The translations under genes and the position numbers were made by a program. From the IMG/VR virus record IMGVR_UViG_3300023174_000036, positions 186,001-250,000 of that record: a stretch of DNA of 64,000 nucleotides. The stretch is one strand, 5' to 3'. The notes beneath the pieces were generated by a model, which was given only the letters and a program-made list of their open reading frames with translations, was not told the DNA's origin and did no database searches. Below, in pieces: positions 20,773-30,301 of the stretch (positions within the stretch are counted from its first letter, which is position 1; the number at the start of each line of letters is the position of its first letter).

Positions 20773-20798
20773 GATTGTATTTATTGTTAAATAACTCA

Positions 20799-20899
20799 GT
20801 CAAGTGATCAATAGGGTATCCAAGGATCCGCAAGTTAAGAATTTTCCCTATTTCTTCTTGGCACAGCTAATGTAGCTCAACGGCGAATTGGCGCTTGAC
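20799..20899 (+). ncRNA. Candidate structured leader/ncRNA
   Basis: Terminal stem GTCAAGTG/CGCTTGAC, inner AATAGGG/CCCTATT, AGCT/AGCT hairpin; begins 5 nt after TAAATA (20788-20793). Confidence 0.4.
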
Positions 20900-20916
20900 A
20901 CCTTAAAGGAAAAGAT

Positions 20917-21147
20917 ATGTTACATCACATTAAAAAATTATTTGGTATTAAACCAAAGGCAGAAGTTCAACCAGAAGCTCCTTATAAAGTTGAAGTTGCA
21001 ACTGTAGCAGAACCAACACCAGTTGCGGTTCAAGCTTCTGAAGCTATGGTTGAATCAGTTGCTCCAGCTAAGAAAAAACCTGCGGCTAAAAAAGCACCAG
21101 CGGCTAAAAAGCCACGTGCTCCAAAAGCACCTAAAGTAGCAAAATAA
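20917..21147 (+). CDS. Lys/Ala/Pro-rich histone H1-like small protein
   Basis: PAKKKPAAKKAPAAKKPRAPK tail; AAGGA SD. Confidence 0.7.
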   Translation: MLHHIKKLFGIKPKAEVQPEAPYKVEVATVAEPTPVAVQASEAMVESVAPAKKKPAAKKAPAAKKPRAPKAPKVAK

Positions 21148-21173
21148 TATAAGGGCATTACGCCCTTATATTA
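21145..21173. terminator. Bidirectional hairpin terminator between convergent genes
   Basis: Perfect 12-bp inverted repeat TAATATAAGGGC-ATTAC-GCCCTTATATTA. Confidence 0.75.
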
Positions 21174-21377
21174 AAACTTGCTTAATTGCTGAGAGTAATT
21201 GGCCATATCCTCTTGAATTTTAGCCCGACGTTGATCATTCAATTTGGGATTTTCTTCCAGCTCTTCTCTAAGGGTTTCCAACCTGTGTATCAGTTGTTCT
21301 CGAGATAGTTTTGGGTTTGATGAACGAGCATTTTGACGTTGTGAGTTGTGTTGACTTTTTTTAGGATTGTAACCCAT
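21171..21377 (-). CDS. Hypothetical helical protein
   Basis: 68-aa ORF filling the gap downstream of uvsE. Confidence 0.55.
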   Translation of the reverse strand: MGYNPKKSQHNSQRQNARSSNPKLSREQLIHRLETLREELEENPKLNDQRRAKIQEDMANYSQQLSKF

Positions 21378-21395
21378 TTGTTTGTTTCATTTTTC

Positions 21396-22418
21396 CTATA
21401 CTAATTTGAGTTCTACGGCTCTGTTGTAAACTTGTTCACTGCTCAAATTTTTGCCTTTGCTTTCGCACATGATATCAAAGTTTTCCCAGAAACTGAGTGC
21501 CCAGTCTGTTACGGGCTGGTTCCAGTACCAGTCACTGTGTGCTCGCATTTTTTGTTTCTTGTAGCCTGCGGCTATCAGATCAGAATGATTGGGTAATACA
21601 TCGATAGGATGATCAACCAGCACATCTTCTCTTGATACACTGTAATGGCACACCGGCCTCACTCCACGCCATGAATCGATAATACGTTTGACTCTGTCGT
21701 CTGTGGGCTGAATGTATTCACCAGTGCGTATCCAATGGTGGTGCAGATCCAGCACAAGAGCACAGCTATCCACCAATTCAATACTGCTGTCCACACCCCA
21801 GCAATTTTCATCATTCTCAATGGTGATGCAGTTACGAGCTTCGGGACTCAACTTCTTTATTGTTTCTTTGATACCTTCAGGACCACGTTTGCCTGAGATA
21901 TGCACATTTATCTTCATATCCTGGAATGTTTTACCAAAGCCCATCCAGCGAGCCATATCCGCATGATATTCAAATTCTTCAATTGAACGTTCCACAATGC
22001 CTGGATTTTCCGAAGCAAGTACACAGAACTGTCCGGGATGGAAACTGATACGCACATCATGCTTACGAGCGGCTTCACCTACTGGAGCAAAGATGCGTTC
22101 ACAGTGGCGTTGTTGATCTGGATGTTGCCACCACACAATCCAATCTTTTTCAGTATAACCACTCAGCATTTCGGATCCAATACGCATCATTCTGCGTTCG
22201 GCAGGTAGAGTAGCAACCTTCTCAATCATTTTGATTGCGGCTGATGTGTTGTGATTCATCAGGTCATATTGACGCTGTTCAGCTTCTAACGGATGCTCAC
22301 GCAACCATCGCATGGTGGTACTGCGACCATTCATCACTCTGTTGGCGGCATTGACCTTCATGCCTCTCACTTCGCTAGCATCGTCTAACCATTTGCAAGC
22401 ATAGCCTATACGTTTCAT
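21396..22418 (-). CDS. uvsE: UV damage endonuclease UvsE/UVDE
   Basis: IGYAC, R.SFHPGQF.VL.S, IENDE and DLHHHW motifs; start moved to MKRIGY. Confidence 0.92.
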   Translation of the reverse strand: MKRIGYACKWLDDASEVRGMKVNAANRVMNGRSTTMRWLREHPLEAEQRQYDLMNHNTSAAIKMIEKVATLPAERRMMRIGSEMLSGYTEKDWIVWWQHPDQQRHCERIFAPVGEAARKHDVRISFHPGQFCVLASENPGIVERSIEEFEYHADMARWMGFGKTFQDMKINVHISGKRGPEGIKETIKKLSPEARNCITIENDENCWGVDSSIELVDSCALVLDLHHHWIRTGEYIQPTDDRVKRIIDSWRGVRPVCHYSVSREDVLVDHPIDVLPNHSDLIAAGYKKQKMRAHSDWYWNQPVTDWALSFWENFDIMCESKGKNLSSEQVYNRAVELKLV

Positions 22419-22426
22419 GTGTGCCT

Positions 22427-22636
22427 TTACCAGTGTCGTATGACACCTAAGATTATAAAAATGTTTGTAAGTACATATGATAACACAATCAAAGTACGAA
22501 TGCAAGCAATACGGTCCGATTCCTCGTCCGTACTGCCTGATTTTTCACCTAATGCTTTGGCCCAGAGTCGCCAAATATCTTTAGCCTTGGTAGATAGCCG
22601 AATTGGCCCCATGTTCTGCACACTCCACTTTGACAC
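22427..22636 (-). CDS. Small membrane protein (WRLWAKALG family seen in T4-like phages); start uncertain
   Basis: WRLWAKALGEK...IRT...TM...IRHW. Confidence 0.55.
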   Translation of the reverse strand: MSKWSVQNMGPIRLSTKAKDIWRLWAKALGEKSGSTDEESDRIACIRTLIVLSYVLTNIFIILGVIRHW

Positions 22637-23030
22637 AATAACAACGATTATTAGTTTTTTCTCTAATCAATTTATCAGCAAAATTGAAAGCATGTTCTGC
22701 AAACTTTTCTGCACCCACACCATCAAAGATTCGTATCTCTGCTAGATCCAATGCTTCCAGTTCTTGGAATTTGGCCAAGTGTGGATCATTTTTATCCAAA
22801 GCCAACTTGTGATCAAAGTGATCTTCCAGCCATGCTTTCAGCGATTTGAGTCCGCCAAAGTCCACTGCCCAGTTTTTGTTGTCTAATTCATCACAGCCAA
22901 AAGTGAATGTGAACGCTAGACTGTAACCATGTAGTAAATGACAATGCGAATGATCTGCATTTGGTTGTCTAAACACAGCACTGAGTCCAATGTTGTGTCC
23001 GTAATGTTTTGTTGAGTAATACTTTGCCAT
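22581..23030 (-). CDS. queD: 6-carboxy-5,6,7,8-tetrahydropterin synthase (QueD/PTPS family)
   Basis: C.LLHGY, VDFG.LK, FDHK motifs and C-terminal E...NSA; start at MAKYY with AGGA SD. Confidence 0.88.
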   Translation of the reverse strand: MAKYYSTKHYGHNIGLSAVFRQPNADHSHCHLLHGYSLAFTFTFGCDELDNKNWAVDFGGLKSLKAWLEDHFDHKLALDKNDPHLAKFQELEALDLAEIRIFDGVGAEKFAEHAFNFADKLIREKTNNRCYCVKVECAEHGANSAIYQG

Positions 23031-23052
23031 TGTTGTTTTTCCTATTAACAAT

Positions 23053-23096
23053 GACACGCAGAGTTTATATTGCGGGATGAGCGTCTAAGTCCGCAT
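23053..23096 (-). promoter_or_regulatory. Candidate preQ1-I-like riboswitch/pseudoknot in the queD 5' UTR
   Basis: UGCGG-ACUUAGACGCUCAUC-CCGCA-AUAUAAACUCUGCGUGUC: 5-bp P1, loop ending CAUC, A-rich tail, possible P2 UAGA/UCUG or ACGC/GCGU. Confidence 0.5.
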
Positions 23097-23102
23097 AATA
23101 TA

Positions 23103-23130
23103 ATTATACGCTTTTACAGCGTATGGTCAA
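23103..23130 (-). promoter_or_regulatory. sigma70-like promoter for queD-uvsE
   Basis: TTGACC-N16-TATAAT. Confidence 0.7.
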
Positions 23131-23132
23131 GT

Positions 23133-24344
23133 TTATTGGCGACCAATTGCACCAAATGGTAACCATTGTCCAGGCGTACCAGACGAAATGCACACCCAAC
23201 CAACGTAACCGCTTTCAACTGGATTCTCATTCCATTGGATATCACCTTTGTTGAACTGTCCTTCGGTTGGAACTTGACTACCTTTGATAAATTTCTTATT
23301 ATTCAAAGTAACTGCACCATCAACGGTTAAATCTGAAGTGGTGGCAATTGGACCAAATATCTTAACTGGTCTGCGACCAAAGTTTGGATTACCAACAATG
23401 ATTTCGTCATTACTGCCATAAAATATATCTTCTTCATTGATGGAGATTTTATGGTGTTTGTTACTGTTAGTGCCTTGTGCAGTTACAGATAAACTTTCAA
23501 TACCGTTGTTAATAAACACAGATTTAAAACTTGCGTTGCTTAGTCTAGCATTTAAATTGCCTTGTATTTCAGCATCACCAGTAACGGTCAACCACTGTAG
23601 TGGTCCCACAGTGATTAGGTTACTGTTAACCACACTTGAACCCAAATCAGTCGCACTCAATACAGATCTACCATTTATATGATATGCTTGCTGGTCATCC
23701 AGATCCAAGGATGTACTGGCCCATAATCTATCAGGACCATCACGCATGATCAACTGACGAGTAATACGATCTGCAGACCAAATTAAACCCAAACCGTATA
23801 TGCTGCCGTCTCTATTGGCTTTGAATTCTAACGGACTGTTACGTTCAACACGAGTATCTGAAACAAAATTGTCAACGTGCAAAGACCCATGCACTCGCAA
23901 TACACCAGATTTTCCAGCTTCATTTCCAATAACTACTTCACCGTTGCTTTTTACAAGTATGCGTGGAATATTGTCAGAAATGATAGCAACATCGCTAGTG
24001 GAATAAGTTCCAAAATGTGCAATACCAGGCTCAGGGCTTCCAATAGCAATTTCAACGTCGTTGTCTAAAATACTGATGCTGGCGTTGGCATCTAAAGTGC
24101 CAAGACCCAATCGGCCGTTTGAGCTGTTAAAATGTGCAAATTCTGCCAGTGTGGTAGTGCCTGATACTTCTAAACTTTTAAGAGTACCAATTTCTCTTAG
24201 ATTACTTTTAGTAACAGTAATACCAAGCTCAGTGCTTGATAACACAGGAGTATTATCAATTTTGTAAGCGTGATCAGCAGACAGATCTAGGTTACTATCT
24301 GCCCATAATCTATCGTTTCGTACGGTTAATTGTTGTGTTGTCAT
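23133..24344 (-). CDS. Virion structural / tail-spike-like protein
   Basis: Fibre-like beta repeats (SNLREIGTLKSLEV / SNLITVGPLQWLTV); C-terminal KGDI.WN..P...GWVC...GTPGQW..FG. Confidence 0.65.
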   Translation of the reverse strand: MTTQQLTVRNDRLWADSNLDLSADHAYKIDNTPVLSSTELGITVTKSNLREIGTLKSLEVSGTTTLAEFAHFNSSNGRLGLGTLDANASISILDNDVEIAIGSPEPGIAHFGTYSTSDVAIISDNIPRILVKSNGEVVIGNEAGKSGVLRVHGSLHVDNFVSDTRVERNSPLEFKANRDGSIYGLGLIWSADRITRQLIMRDGPDRLWASTSLDLDDQQAYHINGRSVLSATDLGSSVVNSNLITVGPLQWLTVTGDAEIQGNLNARLSNASFKSVFINNGIESLSVTAQGTNSNKHHKISINEEDIFYGSNDEIIVGNPNFGRRPVKIFGPIATTSDLTVDGAVTLNNKKFIKGSQVPTEGQFNKGDIQWNENPVESGYVGWVCISSGTPGQWLPFGAIGRQ

Positions 24345-24345
24345 A

Positions 24346-24383
24346 ATGGAGTCTCTTTATCTAATATTTATCAGAGACTCCAT
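24346..24383 (-). promoter_or_regulatory. Hairpin over the translation-initiation region with a TAAATA late promoter in the loop
   Basis: Perfect 11-bp IR ATGGAGTCTCT...AGAGACTCCAT ending 1 nt before the ATG; loop GATAAATATTAGATAA. Confidence 0.75.
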
Positions 24384-24398
24384 CAATGAACTACCAAA

Positions 24399-25595
24399 TT
24401 ATGCTACCTTAAGCAAGATGGTATCTTCGTTAATACGGCCGTTTAATTTGGTGTCCGTAGCGTTAATGTCATCTAAGAATTTACGCAACTGCACCTTGCC
24501 CGCGGCCTTGAACTCTTTGAGTTTTTCTTCGGGCTTACGTATAGTCTTTTGAATACTGGTAAACTCGTTAAAGTTGGTAATTGTAGTACCTTTGACGTTT
24601 AATGTGTTAAACTCTGCGGCCACATACTTGCCCAGTTTACGAGTTTTGGTATTAAAAATCCACAGTTCGCCAGCACCGATAATGTCAGTGGGATTAATCG
24701 AAACAAGTTTCAAAGGCTCATTTGTCTTCATAAACTTGAGTTTAGCAACTAACTTTTCTTTTGGAACTGCTTTAGTTTTACGTGGAGCACGATTAACTTT
24801 GGCTTCTTGTGCCAGCATATCGCAAGCACTCATAATCTCTTGATAAAAAGCAATCAAGTTCTTAATTTGCTTACGGCTACGGTGGCTATAGCCCTCTTTG
24901 AGCTGTTCATCTGCCTTACCGCTAGCCAACTCTTCAAGCTCAGCTAAATCCCTACTGTAGAGGGTTTTAATGATTCTAGCATGTGCCGCTTTGACTTCCT
25001 TGCCTTTCAGCAAGTTAAGCATTTTAAATGCTTTAGGATCAAAGTTTTCTGGATCTGCGTGGAAACCTTCGATGGCGTCTTCAATTTCTTCAGTCATACG
25101 CAAGGCAGATTCTTTAACACGCTCTTGAATAGTGGGTTGCGCCACCGTGGGCTTTACTTCGACAACTGCTTCTTCGTCTACGTCGTCTTTACCCTGTGCA
25201 ACGATTTGCACAATTTCGTTACGCAACCAAACTGTAGTGTCTCGGCCCTTGTTAAAATCTTCACGAACAGCAGGCATACCTCGAAGCAAGCAACTGGCAA
25301 TGGCACCCATTGTGACATTACAACGATTATCTTTGGTTCGCTTGAAAGCCGCAATGTCTTCTTTGGTACAACCAATAGTAGTCATCCATTTGATAACAGC
25401 AGGCTTCAAATCCTTGCCCGAAAATTCCAAACGATAGTAGCTCATAGCACTGTGAAAATGGCGCATGAATTGATCAGCGTCCATAGTTTCACAACCTTCC
25501 CAAGTTGGGCTGTGATCCTTAACCGCTTTGGTGCGATGTGCAATCACTTGCTTTTTGGTTACACGAGTTTTTGTTGCTGGTGCTTTAGTAGCCAT
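24399..25595 (-). CDS. Basic hypothetical early protein
   Basis: 398 aa, Lys-rich; GGAG SD at MATKAP; own sigma70 promoter. Confidence 0.75.
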   Translation of the reverse strand: MATKAPATKTRVTKKQVIAHRTKAVKDHSPTWEGCETMDADQFMRHFHSAMSYYRLEFSGKDLKPAVIKWMTTIGCTKEDIAAFKRTKDNRCNVTMGAIASCLLRGMPAVREDFNKGRDTTVWLRNEIVQIVAQGKDDVDEEAVVEVKPTVAQPTIQERVKESALRMTEEIEDAIEGFHADPENFDPKAFKMLNLLKGKEVKAAHARIIKTLYSRDLAELEELASGKADEQLKEGYSHRSRKQIKNLIAFYQEIMSACDMLAQEAKVNRAPRKTKAVPKEKLVAKLKFMKTNEPLKLVSINPTDIIGAGELWIFNTKTRKLGKYVAAEFNTLNVKGTTITNFNEFTSIQKTIRKPEEKLKEFKAAGKVQLRKFLDDINATDTKLNGRINEDTILLKVA

Positions 25596-25625
25596 TTCTG
25601 CTCCTGTTTGTTTAACAATATACAT

Positions 25626-25654
25626 ATTATACTGCCAAACTGCGGTGTTGTCAA
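25626..25654 (-). promoter_or_regulatory. Consensus sigma70 promoter
   Basis: TTGACA-N17-TATAAT. Confidence 0.85.
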
Positions 25655-26460
25655 CCAGACAATTTTCTTATTGTACTGTCATTTTTGGGCAAAATTCCCA
25701 AATTAACATAATCTAAATATTGATTTAAATTGATTTTTTTATTTAATATTTTTGAATGAAAATATTCATGTTTAAAATTATTTACATCCAACTCTTGAAT
25801 AGACTGTGTTATCAAATCAACTAGTATCTTTATATTAGGTTCGGATAAATGGTTTGAACGTGGGTCAAATCCAATCATATTACCACGATACTCGTCGTTG
25901 GAATAAAAATCATAAATTTCATTTCTAGAAATATGCCCTAGATACACATCGGGCATTAAAAAATTTTTTGGCATCGCATACGGTAATTTTTCACGGAACG
26001 GTAAATTCTTCAATAAAATAAATTTTACGCTTGGTTTAGCGTATGCATAGTTAATTAGAGAATGTATATAGCTTTGTTGATTTATGTCTATCAGTCTATA
26101 GTCTTGGTTTACCAAGTACCATTCAATAAATGATTTATTATCACAATACCAAGTGTCTCTATAATTGTCTGGCACATCATGCACATAATTACTAGCCTTG
26201 TTAGGCACATTGTCGGTTACATATCTAAGATTTACTCTGCCAGCAGTAGTCATTACAAAACAAATTATATCATCATCAGCAATAACATTATTACTAATGT
26301 CTCTGCAAATATTAAGCATAGAAAATTCCGTACTACTGCCACCTACTGCTTGGTTGATTAATGGGATACCAAGGCTTTTGGATAGCAGTTTAGGCCAACT
26401 ATCTTGACTATAGTCATACTCGGCCGCATAACTACATCCGTAAATTCTTAGGGTACTCAT
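25651..26460 (-). CDS. SGNH/GDSL-like hydrolase or acyltransferase
   Basis: YGCSY...W..LL...N.AVGGSS and C-terminal NH. Confidence 0.55.
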   Translation of the reverse strand: MSTLRIYGCSYAAEYDYSQDSWPKLLSKSLGIPLINQAVGGSSTEFSMLNICRDISNNVIADDDIICFVMTTAGRVNLRYVTDNVPNKASNYVHDVPDNYRDTWYCDNKSFIEWYLVNQDYRLIDINQQSYIHSLINYAYAKPSVKFILLKNLPFREKLPYAMPKNFLMPDVYLGHISRNEIYDFYSNDEYRGNMIGFDPRSNHLSEPNIKILVDLITQSIQELDVNNFKHEYFHSKILNKKINLNQYLDYVNLGILPKNDSTIRKLSG

Positions 26461-27128
26461 GGTAAACTCAATTCCACTAAACCAGTTGGGTTAATTAAAA
26501 TCAAATCAGCTAATCTATTTCCAAATTTTTGATTTTGGTCGTCTGTAAAATGGTTACGATTTGATTGATCTTCTGGGTAACCTGCCCATGCCCATAATCT
26601 TTCTTTGATAGTCATGCCATTTTGAAACACATAGTTTACAGTACTGTCAAAACACAGCAGATGTACCACATAAGGAATATTATAAGATGCGATGAGCGCA
26701 TCCAGTTCTAGATGCCAAGCCTGTTGTGCCCACCTACAATACTCTCCACACCATAGTTGTTCATAATAAGATACTGCCGCCTTAACAATTTTCTGTTGTG
26801 TAGATCTATCCATATCCAGATGTTCACCGTGCAACGCTATTTTTCCATGGCCAAGTATACCGCTATTGATACCACAATCCATGTCGTTGGGTATTCTATT
26901 TGGTTCAGTATGACACATTATCAAAACTTTTGGTACGCAAATTTCCAGCTCTGACAACAAACGTTTTCTAGTGCTCCACCACGAGCCTCCGCCAAATCCG
27001 TATCCTCGTGGGATGTTATTATAACCAGTCAATCGCTGACTTATAATCATAGGCCAGTCGTTGTGAGTGTCTCTATCTCCGCAAAAACTATCGCCCACTA
27101 TCAGTATGTCTTTGTGTTCAAACATCAT
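26457..27128 (-). CDS. SGNH/GDSL-like hydrolase or acyltransferase
   Basis: IVGDSF...W...GGS.W and C-terminal NHF...N. Confidence 0.55.
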   Translation of the reverse strand: MMFEHKDILIVGDSFCGDRDTHNDWPMIISQRLTGYNNIPRGYGFGGGSWWSTRKRLLSELEICVPKVLIMCHTEPNRIPNDMDCGINSGILGHGKIALHGEHLDMDRSTQQKIVKAAVSYYEQLWCGEYCRWAQQAWHLELDALIASYNIPYVVHLLCFDSTVNYVFQNGMTIKERLWAWAGYPEDQSNRNHFTDDQNQKFGNRLADLILINPTGLVELSLP

Positions 27129-27877
27129 TATTTTCTTTCTATATCCAATTCAGTGCAATTATCTCCGTATTGTATCTCTACCACATGCAAAATGTTGCTG
27201 CCAATGTTTTCAAGCTGATGCCATTCGCTTTTATGTATTTCAATAGTGCCATACTGTTTAATATCAGTATAGCCCAAATGCCAGTGTACTCGGGCTGAGC
27301 CCTGTGCCACAAACCAAAATTCCGTTCGATACGCATGACGTTGCATACTTAATTTCTCACCGGGATTAACTATTAGTTCTTTGGTTTTTACAGCGTTATT
27401 TATTTGAGATAACACACGCCATTCTCCCCATGTTCGGCCAACACGTTCGCCACTCCAGTTGCTCAAGATCCAACTACTTGAATTCTTTTTGTCTTCTCCG
27501 CCTACTCCAAACACAAATTGTAAATTTAAATATTCTTCGAGTAAATCCATTTCTGGAACATTATGTTGAGTCCTATCTCCGCCGTTGGCAAAAATAATAT
27601 CATGATTGGGAAAAATTGATCTGGCCTTACGTACAGCATCTTTGGCAGAGCCGTCGTTGTCATTAAAAGTAATAACTCTATCAACCACAGATAATGCCGC
27701 AATAATTGTGGCACGTTCTCCCCAAGGCATAAATGCCGCACCTTTCTTACGTGATAACCAAGCATCACTGTTAAGTCCAACAACTAATTTATCACCAAGC
27801 TGTCTGGCAGCATTAAAATACTCAATGTGTCCACTGTGTAATGGGTCAAATCCGCCTGTGACTAATACTATTTTCAT
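27128..27877 (-). CDS. Nucleotidyl(cytidylyl/adenylyl)transferase fused to a cupin (mannose-6-P isomerase-like)
   Basis: TGGFDPLHSGH (HxGH), GLNSD, GGDR, KNSSS; C-terminal R.WG...LSMQRH..R.EFW...H.L.N...EIQYG. Confidence 0.85.
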   Translation of the reverse strand: MKIVLVTGGFDPLHSGHIEYFNAARQLGDKLVVGLNSDAWLSRKKGAAFMPWGERATIIAALSVVDRVITFNDNDGSAKDAVRKARSIFPNHDIIFANGGDRTQHNVPEMDLLEEYLNLQFVFGVGGEDKKNSSSWILSNWSGERVGRTWGEWRVLSQINNAVKTKELIVNPGEKLSMQRHAYRTEFWFVAQGSARVHWHLGYTDIKQYGTIEIHKSEWHQLENIGSNILHVVEIQYGDNCTELDIERK

Positions 27878-28701
27878 ACAAGATCCTTGGCAATACAAAC
27901 ACGATTCAACATGTTGCCTCTGTTAAATTCTGAATATTCCGCACTGAGACCAAATAAAATGCAATCAGTTGGCTGTAAATTTAATTCTTTGCAAACTAGA
28001 TCATACTGGTTAGCATAGGTATCCCAGTTGTGATCTATTGTGTATTTTTTCATAAGGAATACTGCTGTGGCCATGTTCTTATGCGGCACCATGCCCACAC
28101 TGTTGAACGCATCTATGCCATCGTCTAAATTTTCTCTTTGGAATCTAATCCCACATCTCAAATATTGTGCGCCATCAAACACTTTGCTTATGCTGGTGCA
28201 AACGGAGTCTATGCATTTGTAGTTTAAATTAACATTGATATTTTTAGATATGCCTAGATAAGCAAAATCCAGCAGTACTGGCACATTTAATAATTCGCAT
28301 TGCTCCAGTATACTGTCCAATTCCGTATGTTTAGATCCAGAGTCGCTGAATGGCACACTGATAATAACAGCATCGTTTGATTCCACAACACTGTCATTCA
28401 GCCAAGACCATGACAATCCAGCTTTTACAGAAGCCTTGTGGTACATGAACTCGCCTTGGAAAAATCTAAATCGTCTGGCAAAATGTTTTAAATAAAAGTG
28501 ATCAAAACCCTGTACAGTGCCGTGAATAAATGATCTAGAACCATAGTTTTCTAAACCCAAAAGATGATTATGTTTGCTGTTGACAATCCATTGAGTGTAT
28601 GTTTCTAGATATTCCGATAGATTGACCTCGGGCGGATTATGATATTTTATTTCTTCAGCAATTGCACTGTTGGGAATAGGTGTTGCACCTGCACATGGCA
28701 T
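27874..28701 (-). CDS. PLP-dependent aminotransferase-like protein
   Basis: VLLDFAY and SISK.F.....R.G fold-type-I PLP motifs. Confidence 0.6.
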   Translation of the reverse strand: MPCAGATPIPNSAIAEEIKYHNPPEVNLSEYLETYTQWIVNSKHNHLLGLENYGSRSFIHGTVQGFDHFYLKHFARRFRFFQGEFMYHKASVKAGLSWSWLNDSVVESNDAVIISVPFSDSGSKHTELDSILEQCELLNVPVLLDFAYLGISKNINVNLNYKCIDSVCTSISKVFDGAQYLRCGIRFQRENLDDGIDAFNSVGMVPHKNMATAVFLMKKYTIDHNWDTYANQYDLVCKELNLQPTDCILFGLSAEYSEFNRGNMLNRVCIAKDLV

Positions 28702-28704
28702 ACA

Positions 28705-29247
28705 TTAACCTTTATAAAATCCTGAAATTTGTAAAGTATATTTGTCTTGCATACCTGCATTTGAACTGAGATGTAACACATTGCTGTCCCACATAAAGCC
28801 CGATCCTTTCTGCCAGTCAACACTAGTTTTGTAAGAGTCTTCAGTTTGATACTGAATAAACTGTCCCAGTTTCCAATCTTCTAAATAAATGTTAGCCCTG
28901 ACTTTTAAATCTGTTCGATTGGGATATTGTTTTGAAATTTGAAAGAATGTATCTCTATGCAAAGGCACTACACAACCCGGAGGTTGCAATATGGTGCTCA
29001 CAGTAATGACTTCCATGTTTAGTTGTTGGCCTAATTCCACATAGTCAACTTGATCAGCAGTCCACCAAAGTTGATGTATAATGGTATTTTCAAAACAATA
29101 GCTCTTGGGAAATCCGCCATATGTTTCATGCACATCTGTTAATTCATGTACTTGATGTTTGATGCAACTGCCTTCGTGAACAGAATAATCTGCACTTAGA
29201 AACATTTCAAAATCATAATCTAGTTGTATTTCTTTTAACATATTCAA
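28705..29247 (-). CDS. 2OG-Fe(II) oxygenase/cupin
   Basis: PG..VPLHRD...H.S.N.G..KYTLQ. Confidence 0.7.
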   Translation of the reverse strand: MNMLKEIQLDYDFEMFLSADYSVHEGSCIKHQVHELTDVHETYGGFPKSYCFENTIIHQLWWTADQVDYVELGQQLNMEVITVSTILQPPGCVVPLHRDTFFQISKQYPNRTDLKVRANIYLEDWKLGQFIQYQTEDSYKTSVDWQKGSGFMWDSNVLHLSSNAGMQDKYTLQISGFYKG

Positions 29248-30299
29248 TTTTCTTTATATTTTATTTGAGTATTCTGATCTTTGAGTAGATTTATGTTACT
29301 GCCACACATTATTGCACATCTTTCTAATCTGTCGTTTTCCCAAGATTTTCGTATACGATCAAACCATTGTCCGTTTACAATGTCTTTTAAATTCTTTTTA
29401 AAAACATTAGTATCCACCCCATCCATCATTTTTAGAATTTTCACATGATCGGAGTTGGATTCTGCTTCTATACCATATATGCGATCGTGTAAGAATCCGC
29501 AAGGAAATACATTGCCATCGGCTCCTATATATAATTTATAATTTTTCATCCAATAGCACTCTATTTTTGTATTTTTAACATACTCTGATAAATCAGTGTG
29601 TTTAATTGCACTATATGAAGTATTTAAGTATTCATTATCTGGAGGCAGTAATTCGTATTCTTTATTGCCTTTATGATCTAAAACATCAATTTTATTTACC
29701 AATTGATGATTCTTGTTGAAAAATCTTCCTGTTTTTTTAACATTAAATTCTGCAAAACCCAACGATAAACTCAATTCTCTAGCTTGATCAACTTGATGCT
29801 GATTGTGACGAAACACTATAAAATCCCAAACAGCTTTGCCACCCGACTTGATAAATGTGTCTGCATTGCCAATAATGCTGTCCCAATTGGTATTTTTTCT
29901 ATAAAGGTGATTGGTATCCGACAGTCCATCTATCCCAAACGCAATAAAATCAACTAGTTTGGCCAATTGTTCATATGTTTGTGTTCGACCCACTCCACCA
30001 TTGGTATGTATGCCAATTTTAAGAGCTGGATTAACCTGCATCAACCATTCGCACATTTTTGGCAAATCTGCGTTCATCAATGGATCACCATATGTTCCGC
30101 AAAAGTATATTAATTCAAGCTGTTTAACAAAATCAATATCTAACACAGTCTTAAACTGTGCCAAATTCCAATTGATTAACGGTAAGTTTTCTATAGTCTT
30201 GCCGCCATAGTTGTTTCTTGGACATTGCGGACATGCGGCATTGCAATGAGTGCTGATTTCGATCTCAATATTTCGAATTGTATCAAATGAATAATTCAT
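29244..30299 (-). CDS. Radical SAM/SPASM-twitch enzyme (subtype C)
   Basis: CNAACPQC; C-terminal C...PC...CAIMC. Confidence 0.9.
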   Translation of the reverse strand: MNYSFDTIRNIEIEISTHCNAACPQCPRNNYGGKTIENLPLINWNLAQFKTVLDIDFVKQLELIYFCGTYGDPLMNADLPKMCEWLMQVNPALKIGIHTNGGVGRTQTYEQLAKLVDFIAFGIDGLSDTNHLYRKNTNWDSIIGNADTFIKSGGKAVWDFIVFRHNQHQVDQARELSLSLGFAEFNVKKTGRFFNKNHQLVNKIDVLDHKGNKEYELLPPDNEYLNTSYSAIKHTDLSEYVKNTKIECYWMKNYKLYIGADGNVFPCGFLHDRIYGIEAESNSDHVKILKMMDGVDTNVFKKNLKDIVNGQWFDRIRKSWENDRLERCAIMCGSNINLLKDQNTQIKYKEN

Positions 30300-30301
30300 T
30301 G

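Noticed and set aside
20799-20899. Twister or pistol ribozyme
   Set aside because: Partial look-alikes (UAAUGUAGC; AUAGGG/CCCUAU pseudoknot), but the other conserved core elements could not be found
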